From positions 214,987 through 278,986 of the forward strand of contig CAVUFH010000001.1 in assembly GCA_963740835.1 (NCBI GenBank): DNA of 64,000 bases, in the 5' to 3' direction. This document shows, in pieces, positions 56,558 through 64,000 of the stretch (position 1 is the stretch's first letter; each line of letters begins with the position of its first letter). A program made the translations under genes and the position numbers. The notes under the pieces are model-generated. The model was not told the origin of the DNA and made no database searches. It saw only the letters and a program-made list of their open reading frames with translations. This stretch comes from an uncultured Actinomycetes bacterium. Lineage in GTDB: Bacteria; Actinomycetota; Acidimicrobiia; IMCC26256; PALSA-610.

Positions 56558-58355
56558 ATGCACACAATCGAACGGGCGAAGGAGGGGCGGCGCGTGACCG
56601 TCCGCGGCCGCCGGACGCGGCGGCGCTGGTCGTGGCGTACCCGCATCCTCGTGGGGCTGGGCGTCGCCCTCGTCGTCGTGTGGCTCGCGTTCGCCGCGCT
56701 CCAGCTCGCGAAGGCCCGCCAAGAGGCGGTCACGGGGATCAACGGGCTGGAGTCGTTGCGCACGTCGATGACCGTCGAATCCGTGAACCGCGGCACTGAC
56801 CTCGCCGGGCTGCGGCAGGCGAACGCGCACTTCCGCGCCGCCAATGACCGCACCCGATCGCCCGCGCTCGCGCCGCTGCGCCTCCTGCCGGTGGTCGGGC
56901 GCCAGATCCGCTCGGTCGACGCGCTGACCGCCGCCGCGTCCGATGTCACGACGATCGCCGAGCACCGGCTCTCCGAGGCGCGCGATCTTCTCGCGTCCGC
57001 GCCCGTCGAACCGCCCGAACGGGTCACGTTCGTGCGCGCCATCGGGCGGCTCGGGCGGGACGCGGATGCCGAGCTCGCGGACATCCACCTCGGGCCGTCC
57101 AACGGGCTCGTCGGGCCGCTGGCCCACGCGCGCGACCGCTTCGTGAACGAGCTCGCGTCGCTACGCACCTCGGCGGTGCACATCAGCCAGAGCAGCGACG
57201 CGGTCGCTCAACTGTTGCAAGGTCCGCGCAACTACCTCCTGCTCGCCGCGAACAACTCCGAGATGCGAGTCGGTTCCGGAGCGTTCCTGAGCGTCGGCGT
57301 CCTGTCGACCGCCGAAGGCGCGTTGCACCTCGGGCCGGTGCAGTCGATCGTCAACTTCGATCTGCCGGTTGCGCAGGTGCCGCTGACGGGCGACCTCGCG
57401 GACCGGTGGGGTTGGCTCGAGCCGAACCGGGAGTGGCGCAACCTCGCGTTCGTCGCCCCGGTTCGACGCCAACGCGCAGCTCGCGGCGCAGATGTGGAAG
57501 GCCTCGACCGGTCAGGAGGTCGACGGGGTCATGGCGATCGACATCGAAGCGCTCCGCGCGATGCTCACCGCGACCGGCCCGGTCGTGGTCGACGGCAACC
57601 AGATCGATGCCACCAACGTCGTCAACGACGTGATGCTCCAGCAGTACGTGCGGCTCGCGCCGAACCACGACGAGGCCCAGCGCCGCGAGGAGCTGAGCCT
57701 CATCGCCTCGGCAGTCGTCGAGAAGCTCCAGAGCGGCAACTGGGATCCGGAGCGGCTGGCGTCCGAGCTCGTCAACGCCGCGTCCGGCCGGCACATCCTG
57801 CTCTGGTCCGCGCATGCCGACGAGCAAGCGGGGTGGAGCGCGGTGCAGGTCGCGGGCACGTTGAAGCCGAACTCGATGCTCTTGGGCCTGCACAACCGCG
57901 GCGGGAACAAGCTCGACCAGTTCCTCGACGTGAACGCCAGCGTCCTCACACGCGGGGACGGGGACGGGACGCGAGTGACCGTGACCGTGCGTCTCCACAA
58001 CGTGGCCCCGACGGACCTGCCCAAGAAGGTGACGGGCCCGTACGGGGGTGCGGCCGACGGGGCGGAAGGGCGCTACCAGGGGCTGCTCGTGATGCAATTG
58101 CCGGGCGACGCGGGGAACGCCGCGATCGAAGGCGCCGACCAGCTCGTGGCCGCCGGCCCGGACGGCGACAATCAGGTTGTCGCCGCCTACGTGCAGCTCG
58201 ACCGGGACGCCGTCGTGCAGCGGACGATCAGCTTCGTGCTCCCGGCTCGGGACCGCGAGCTCCGGATCGAACCGTCCGCCCGCATCCCCGGCGTCGGATG
58301 GTCCTATGCCGGTGCGCAGTGGGTCGACAAAAAACCACGGATCGTCACATGGTGA
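56558..58355 (+). pseudogene. DUF4012 domain membrane protein, reading frame broken near 57455
   Basis: MHTIERAK..., a TM helix, then the DUF4012 signature GPRNYLLLAANNSEMRVGSGAFLSVG. ...EWRNLAFV (ORF 56273-58375) continues as PRFDANAQLAAQMWKASTGQEVDGVMAIDIEAL... in ORF 57492-58355. The span is 1798 nt = 599 codons + 1. Confidence 0.8.
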
Positions 58356-58542
58356 CGACCAAACGTGCGCTATAGTGCGACAAAGTCCCTGGAACTGGTC
58401 AGCGCCCCGCCGACCCCCTCACGCTCTGTGATCGGGAGGCGGGGGACCCACCAGGACCTGGGGCAGACGGGCGAAGGCAATCGGGCGGCCTACGGGCAGG
58501 GAAGGCAGGCAATCATGCGGGGCAACACCGCAACGCGGCAGG

Positions 58543-58828
58543 ATGCGCGCGGGCTTGGTGCTGATGGGAGGCGCCGCGCTCGGTGCTCGTTGCGCCTTCG
58601 ATCGCGTCGGCGCAGCAAACCGAACCGTACGGGGGTGGCAGCACGGTCGTCGTTTCCCCGACGACCATCGACCCGGGGACCACGCACGTCGCCGCCGAAC
58701 CGACGGACCACTCCGACTCCTCGTTACCCTTCACCGGTGGTGACGTTGCCGGGCTCGCAGCCATCGGCGCCGGCGCCGTGGGCATCGGTCTCGTCACGAG
58801 CCGGGTCCGCCGCCGTCAGCGCGCCTGA
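58543..58828 (+). CDS. very small LPXTG-type sortase substrate (signal peptide probably split by a 1-nt insertion near 58582)
   Basis: The C-terminus LPFTGGDVAGLAAIGAGAVGIGLVTSRVRRRQRA has the LPxTG motif, a hydrophobic helix and a basic tail. The intact ORF starts at GTG 58583. ATG 58543 gives MRAGLVLMGGAAL in the -1 frame, and removing one G joins it to VLVAPSIASAQQ. Confidence 0.6.
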
Positions 58829-58831
58829 CTT

Positions 58832-58858
58832 CCCGCGCCCCGAGTTCCGGGGCGCGGG
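58832..58858 (+). terminator. 11-bp GC hairpin after the LPXTG gene
   Basis: CCCGCGCCCCG-AGTTC-CGGGGCGCGGG starts 4 nt after the stop. Weak T-tract (GTTGAA). Confidence 0.55.
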
Positions 58859-58882
58859 GTTGAACGACCGGCGCGTGCGACT

Positions 58883-60184
58883 GTGAGCACGGTCGGCGCG
58901 CTGGTTCGCGCCCTCGACGACCGCGCGGCGCGCATCGCGGTCATCGGTCAGGGTTACGTCGGCCTGCCCGTTGCGATGCGCGCGTCGGAACAGGGGTTCC
59001 CGGTCCTCGGTTTCGATCTGGCCGGGGCCCGGATCGAGCACCTACGCCAGGCGCGCTCGTACGTCGAGGATGTCAGCGACGATCGGCTGCGCGGCGCGCT
59101 GGCGCGGGGATATCTCCCGACGGCGGATCCCGACGACCTCGCCGGCTTCGACGTCGCGGTCATCACGGTCCCGACACCCCTGCGCGACGGAGCGCCGGAC
59201 CTCTCCTTCATCGAGTCGGCGGCAGAGATCTTGGTGCCGTGGCTCCGGCCGGGCGTGCTCGTCGTCCTCGAGTCGACGACGTACCCCGGTACCACCGAAG
59301 AGCTGCTCCGGCCGATCCTCGAACGGGGCGGGCTCCAGGGCGGCGCCGACTTCTTCGTCGGATACTCGCCGGAACGGATCGACCCCGGCAACGAGCAGTG
59401 GACGTTCGTCAACACGCCCAAGGTGGTGTCCGGCATCGATCCGGCATCCCTCGATGCCGTTGCTGCCTTCTACGGCGCCCTCGTCGACAAGGTGGTTCCC
59501 GTCGCGACCACCGCCGAGGCCGAATTGGTGAAGCTGCTCGAGAACACGTTCCGGCACGTCAACATCGCGCTCGTCAACGAGCTCGCGATGTTCGCACGTG
59601 ACCTCGATGTCGACATCTGGTCCGCGATCGACGCCGCCGCGACGAAGCCGTTCGGGTTCATGCGGTTCACGCCCGGTCCCGGTGTCGGCGGTCATTGCCT
59701 CCCGATCGACCCGTCGTATCTCGCGTGGCGCGTCGAACGCCGGCTCGGTCAGAGCTTCCGGTTCGTCGAGTTGGCGAACGATGTCAACAGCCACATGCCG
59801 GACTACGTCGTCAGCCGCGTCGCGTCGCTGTTGAACGAACAGGAGCGCGCGGTCAAAGGATCGCGCGTCCTGCTCCTCGGGCTCGCGTACAAACGATCGA
59901 CATCCGACTGGCGCACGTCGCCGTCCATGGAGATCGCGGAGCGACTCGTCGAGCAGGGTGCGCACGTGCGCGCGCACGATCCACTTGTCCCCGAGGACGC
60001 GGCGTTCGGTCTGCCCATCACACGTGTCGCGTGCACCGACGACGAGCTCGACCACGCCGACCTGGTCGTGCTGCTGGTCGACCACCCCGACCTCCCGTAC
60101 GACGCGATCTGTGATCGCGCCCGACTCGTGCTCGACACCAAGGGCATCTTGCGCGGTCGATCGTTCCGCGGCGAAGTGCTCTAG
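58883..60184 (+). CDS. nucleotide-sugar dehydrogenase (UDP-glucose/GDP-mannose dehydrogenase family, UDP-N-acetyl-hexosamine dehydrogenase-like)
   Basis: N-terminal IAVIGQGYVGLPVA Rossmann motif and catalytic Cys context GPGVGGHCLPIDP. 433 aa, GTG start. Confidence 0.9.
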   Translation: MSTVGALVRALDDRAARIAVIGQGYVGLPVAMRASEQGFPVLGFDLAGARIEHLRQARSYVEDVSDDRLRGALARGYLPTADPDDLAGFDVAVITVPTPLRDGAPDLSFIESAAEILVPWLRPGVLVVLESTTYPGTTEELLRPILERGGLQGGADFFVGYSPERIDPGNEQWTFVNTPKVVSGIDPASLDAVAAFYGALVDKVVPVATTAEAELVKLLENTFRHVNIALVNELAMFARDLDVDIWSAIDAAATKPFGFMRFTPGPGVGGHCLPIDPSYLAWRVERRLGQSFRFVELANDVNSHMPDYVVSRVASLLNEQERAVKGSRVLLLGLAYKRSTSDWRTSPSMEIAERLVEQGAHVRAHDPLVPEDAAFGLPITRVACTDDELDHADLVVLLVDHPDLPYDAICDRARLVLDTKGILRGRSFRGEVL

Positions 60185-60191
60185 CGCGCCC

Positions 60192-60929
60192 TCACGCCCG
60201 GCCGCGATCGAGCACCTTGAGCGGCTTCGTGATCCGCAAGGCGCGCGCGAGCGACGGTGGCGCATCCGGTGCCGGCCCCGCCCATGCCTTCCGGCGGATG
60301 ACGCCGTACAGGTTGAGCCCGAGCTCCGCGCACGCGTCGCGCACCGCGGAACGCACGTCCTCGTAGCTGCCGTAGTCGTCGAAGCAGACAACGCCCTTCG
60401 GGGTGAGCAGCGACGCGAAGTTGCGAGCATCGCTCATGACCGCGTCGTAGGAGTGCCAGCCGTCGACGAACACGAAGTCGATCTTCCGGCCGTCCCACTC
60501 CTTCGCGGCGTCGTCCGACATCATCACCCGCTCGTCGAGCAGATCGCGGATGCCGGCGCCCGCGGTGTAGACCCGGAACAGGTCGAGCGTCGGGATCGTG
60601 TCGACACCCAACCCGTCGAGGTTCTGCCGGTCACCGGTGTGCGGGTCGATCGCGACGAGCTCAGGATCCGTGCCGAACTGCTTGAGCGCGAGCCCGATGA
60701 GGCATGTGCTGCGGCCAAGATACGAACCGATCTCGACGACGGTATGCGGCCGCAGATCGGCGATCACGCCCCAGAACGTCGCCGCGCTCACCTCGTCGAA
60801 CCACCCCGGGACCTTCTGCGCGGTCGCCCACCCTTCTGCGAAGCCGTGCGCCTTGCGCACCGCCGCATCTCGCGTCAGCACTCCGAGAGAACTCGAAGCT
60901 GCTTCACGAATCGCATCGCCCAACGACAT
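60192..60929 (-). CDS. class I SAM-dependent methyltransferase (Methyltransf_24/O-methyltransferase-like)
   Basis: 245 aa from ATG 60929, preceded by GGGAGGA. SAM motif VVEIGSYLGRST and acidic loop FVFVDGWHSYD. The upstream part of track ORF 60192-61364 is not coding. Confidence 0.8.
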   Translation of the reverse strand: MSLGDAIREAASSSLGVLTRDAAVRKAHGFAEGWATAQKVPGWFDEVSAATFWGVIADLRPHTVVEIGSYLGRSTCLIGLALKQFGTDPELVAIDPHTGDRQNLDGLGVDTIPTLDLFRVYTAGAGIRDLLDERVMMSDDAAKEWDGRKIDFVFVDGWHSYDAVMSDARNFASLLTPKGVVCFDDYGSYEDVRSAVRDACAELGLNLYGVIRRKAWAGPAPDAPPSLARALRITKPLKVLDRGRA

Positions 60930-61044
60930 GGTTCCTCCCAGTGACCCCGCGAGTATCGCCGAACCGTCGCACTTCTCGAGAACAGCGCGGCCCTGGGAGG
61001 CGGTCGCGGCAAGGGAACCGGTCACACTGCGCGACACTGCGGCG

Positions 61045-62100
61045 ATGCGGGCACACTCTTCGCACACCCGAGGCACGGGTATCCGGATCGGCGCCGCCGC
61101 CCTCATGTGCGCCGCGATTCTCACCGCGTGCGGGTCCGGGGGAGGCGAAGACGCGAAGGCCGCGCCCGCGCCGAAGACGACGACCACCACCACGATCCCG
61201 CGCGCGACCGACCTCGTGACGGCCGCGTGCAACGGAACGCTCACCGCCCACGATGCCGGCCAGATCACGCCGGAACCGATGAAAGAGCTCTCCGGGCTCG
61301 TCGCGAGTCGCCGCCAGCCCGGCGTGCTCTGGGCGGTGAACGACTCCGGCGACATCGCGCGCATCTACGCCGTCGGAACGGACGGCACGTACCTCGGTTC
61401 GTACGTCCTCGGCGATGTGACCGCGACCGACTGGGAGGACATCGCGATCGGCCCGGGTCCCGAGCCCGGCACCGACTCCCTGCCCGCCACCGACTCCCTG
61501 CCCGCCACCGACTCCCTGTACGTCGGCGACATCGGTGACAACGCGAACGCGGGAGTCGGAGCGCGCACCCAGATCAGCGTGCTGCGCTTTCCTGAACCTC
61601 GCATCGACCGCACGGCGCCGGCGGTGGACGACCAGCCGCTCACGGGTGTCGAGACCTTCCCGCTGACCTATCCGGACCGACCCCGTGACATCGAGACGCT
61701 GCTGGTCGATCCGATCTCGGGCGAGGTGGTGCTCGTCCACAAGTCGTGGTCGGGCACTGGCGAGGCCGTCGTATACCAAGCGCCGCTCGCGACACCCGGG
61801 GTCGCCGGGTCACTGGTCGAGGTCGGGAAACTCGCGCTCGCGCCGGGCGAGCAGGTCACGAGCGGCGACGTCGCCCCCGCCGGCGATGCCATCGCGCTGC
61901 GGACCTACACGCAGGTGCTGCTCTTCCGCCGCGCCGCCGGCTCGCCCGTCGAGACGGCGCTCGCCGCGCCACCCTGCGCGCGACCCGGTCCCGACGAGAA
62001 GCAAGGCGAGTCGGTCACGTTCAGCGCGGACGCAGGGTCCCTCTACACCGTGAGCGAAGGCGAGAAACCCATGCTCCACCGGTTCGATGGCGCCGGGTGA
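61045..62100 (+). CDS. secreted lipoprotein of unknown function (beta-propeller-like)
   Basis: Signal peptide with lipobox ILTACGSGGG. DWEDIAIG and LYVGDIGDN motifs. Contains the TDSLPA tandem repeat. 351 aa from ATG 61045. Confidence 0.7.
   Translation: MRAHSSHTRGTGIRIGAAALMCAAILTACGSGGGEDAKAAPAPKTTTTTTIPRATDLVTAACNGTLTAHDAGQITPEPMKELSGLVASRRQPGVLWAVNDSGDIARIYAVGTDGTYLGSYVLGDVTATDWEDIAIGPGPEPGTDSLPATDSLPATDSLYVGDIGDNANAGVGARTQISVLRFPEPRIDRTAPAVDDQPLTGVETFPLTYPDRPRDIETLLVDPISGEVVLVHKSWSGTGEAVVYQAPLATPGVAGSLVEVGKLALAPGEQVTSGDVAPAGDAIALRTYTQVLLFRRAAGSPVETALAAPPCARPGPDEKQGESVTFSADAGSLYTVSEGEKPMLHRFDGAG
61471..61518 (+). repeat. 18-bp perfect tandem repeat, 2.7 copies, in frame (TDSLPA)
   Basis: ACCGACTCCCTGCCCGCC x2 plus ACCGACTCCCTG, encoding TDSLPATDSLPATDSL inside the lipoprotein gene. 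Confidence 0.9.
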
Positions 62101-62170
62101 GAAGAAATCCGGACCCTTGAGCTAGCGGACCCGTCGCCACGCAGAGTAAGGTTCTCCGGGTTAGGGCGGA

Positions 62171-64000
62171 ATGCGGGGAAGCGTGGTCGGGCGGAGCCCG
62201 GCCACCACGGGCAACGGAGCGGGCGTGAAGACTCTTCATACGCGTCGTCAGACGCGTCTCTCGAAATTCTTGGTGGCAATTCTCGTTGTCGCCGGCGCCA
62301 ACCTCGGTCTGTTGGGCGTGGCGGCCGGACCCGGCCGAGTGCCACGGTCGCTGTTCTCACAGCATCCCATCGCGGGCTGGAGCACCAACGGACCGGTGCA
62401 CGCGGTGAAGATCGTCGGCGACATCGTCTACGTCGGTGGTGACTTCAGCCAGGTGCGCGGCCCGGGCGGCTCACCGGTGGTCGCCCGCACCAACCTGTTC
62501 GCGATCAACCGCAACACCGGGCGCGATGATCCCGGGCTTCGTCGCGTTCACGAACGGCATCGTGCGCGCGATCGAGTCCGACGGCACGACGTGTACGTCG
62601 GCGGCGGCTTCACCACGGTCAACAACACGGCCCGACGCTTCATCGTCGTCACTCGACCCGGTCACCGGCGCGCTGCGAGCGTTCAACCCGAATCCGCAGA
62701 GCCAGGTCTACGGCCTCGGCGTCCGCGGCAACTGGTCTCTACCTCGGCGGCGTCTTCAACGCGATCGGCAGCGTCACCGCGCAGCCGTCTCGCCCTCGTC
62801 GACAAGACGACCGGCGCGCTCGACCCGACCTTCAACCCGGCGCCCGACGGCGCGGTGCGCACGTTCGCGTTCTCGCCGAACGGCGGCCGCATCTACATCG
62901 GCGGCGACTATCTCGAACATCGCCGGGTATCGCGCAGCCCTAGCTCGTCGCGCTCGACCCGGTCACCGGCACCCGGATCCCGGTGCGTCTTCCAGCAGTT
63001 CGCAGGGCCCGATGCTCGACCTCGACGTCGACCCGAACGGTTCCACGCGTGTACGCCGCGCTCGGCGGCACACCGGGTGCCGGCAACCGCACGGACGCCT
63101 GGGACGCCAACACCGGCGTGCGCCTGTGGCGCAACGAAGCCGACGGTGACAATCAGGCCATCGAGTACACGAACGGCGAGGTCTACTTCGGCTTCCACGA
63201 GGGCTTCGGCGGGCAACCCGCTGCGCCACATCCTCGGCGCCGACGCCGTGACCGGCGTCATCGACCCGAACTTCCAGCCGAACGTGAACAGCTTCTGGGG
63301 CGTCTGGTCGATCGACGCGGGCAGCGGAACGCTGGCCGTCGGTGGTGAGTTCACGAACTTCGACGGCGTCGCGGTGCAAGGCATCGCGCTGCTGCCGTCG
63401 TTGTTCGCCAACGACCACACGCCGCCGAGCGACCCGACGAACCTGATCTCGACCGGCCACACGTCGACGACCGCCAGCCTCTCGTGGGGCGGGTCGACCG
63501 ACAACACCCAGCTGTCCGGCTACCAGGTGTTCCGTGACGGCACGCAGGTCGGCTTCAGCACGTCGACGAACTTCACCGACGGCAACCTCGACGCCGTCGA
63601 CCGCGTACACCTACACGGTCCGCGCCGTCGACGCGAACGACAACGTCTCGGCCGCCGAACCGCGCCGGTGAGTGTCACGACATCGCTTGCCGCTCGTCGT
63701 CGCCGGTGCTGACTGGCGGTACCTCGACAACGGGACCGATCCCGGGCCCGCGTTCCGCGGCAGCGGCGTTCGACGACTCGGCCTGGGCGAGCGGGAACGC
63801 GCAGTTCGGCTACGGCGACGGTGACGAGATCACCACCGTCGGGTTCGGGCCCAACGCCAACACAAGTACGTCACGACGTACTTCCGCCGGAGCTTCAACG
63901 TCGCCAACCCGGCGAACGATCACCGGCCTGGTCTGCGCCTGCTGCGTGACGACGGTGCGGTCGTCTACATCAACGGCACCGAAGTCGTCCGGTCCAACAT
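62171..64000 (+). pseudogene. secreted delta-60-repeat (DUF5122-like) beta-propeller / fibronectin-III protein, about 16 frame changes, runs off the window end
   Basis: N-terminal anchor (KFLVAILVVAGANLGLLGV). Repeated ~56-aa blades are spread over all three frames (IVYVGGDFSQV, VYVGGGFTTV, LYLGGVFNAIG, IYIGGDY, LAVGGEFTNFDG, each followed by L.DPVTGAL.P.FNP). An FN3 segment follows (PPSDPTNL...SLSWGGSTDNTQLSGYQVFRDG...YTYTVRAVDANDNVS), then WRYLDNGTDPG...FDDSAWASGNAQFGYGDGDE...YFRRSF...LLRDDGAVVYINGTEV. Confidence 0.75.

Noticed and set aside
58988-58999. A third perfect GAAC-N4-GTTC match (GAACAGGGGTTC).
   Set aside because: It lies inside the nucleotide-sugar dehydrogenase coding region (codons for SEQGFP), lacks the TC/GA flanks, and has no promoter context. 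One chance hit to an 8-nt gapped motif is expected in 128 kb of two-strand sequence.
60598-61044. The 5' part of the 500-aa track ORF 60598-62100 and of the 390-aa ORF 60192-61364, which would make the lipoprotein and methyltransferase genes overlap by about 770 nt.
   Set aside because: The methyltransferase has a strong GGGAGGA RBS before ATG 60929, and the lipoprotein has a classical signal peptide/lipobox starting at ATG 61045. The upstream extensions are antisense to each other's real coding regions and translate to low-complexity sequence.

Overview
High-GC (about 70%) actinobacterial chromosome segment. GAAC-N4-GTTC SOS boxes, nrdR-nrdJ, RNase J and the PspC-type sensor module point to Actinomycetota. 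The exact lineage cannot be determined from the sequence alone. The window is almost entirely core housekeeping. It carries nrdJ-nrdR and the SOS core (lexA, a ChiZ-like LysM gene, recA). It has a scattered lysine/DAP set (dapE, dapD, dapC, dapF, dapB), hflX, miaA/miaB, rimO-pgsA-cinA, ftsK and RNase J. A small lipid-desaturation/TetR island follows, then bioA-bioF-bioD and a Liv-type ABC importer. Next come an M16 protease and the block pnp-rpsO-ribF-truB-nrnA-rbfA-DUF503-infB-ylxR-nusA-rimP. After that sits a PspC-domain two-component envelope-stress module. The window ends in the start of a cell-envelope locus: DUF4012, an LPXTG mini-protein, a nucleotide-sugar dehydrogenase, a methyltransferase, a lipoprotein and a beta-propeller/FN3 protein. 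Many neighbouring genes overlap by 4 nt (ATGA/GTGA), which suggests tight translational coupling. I found no rRNA, tRNA, CRISPR array, transposase, integrase, prophage or recognisable defence system, and no convincing novel system. The strongest signal is technical or evolutionary. Strongly conserved, mostly essential genes (nrdJ, miaA, bioF, infB, DUF4012) are broken by single-base indels. Smaller genes are probably affected too. The last gene (62.2-64.0 kb) changes frame about 16 times in 1.35 kb without acquiring in-frame stops. Secondary observations are a pentanucleotide microsatellite in the SOS-controlled leader, an unusually decorated recA upstream region, and a canonical terminator inside the rimP-nusA-infB leader. 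There are also several candidate operators and one long leader with partial resemblance to a c-di-AMP riboswitch. All functional calls come from my own reading of the translated ORFs. No database search was run.
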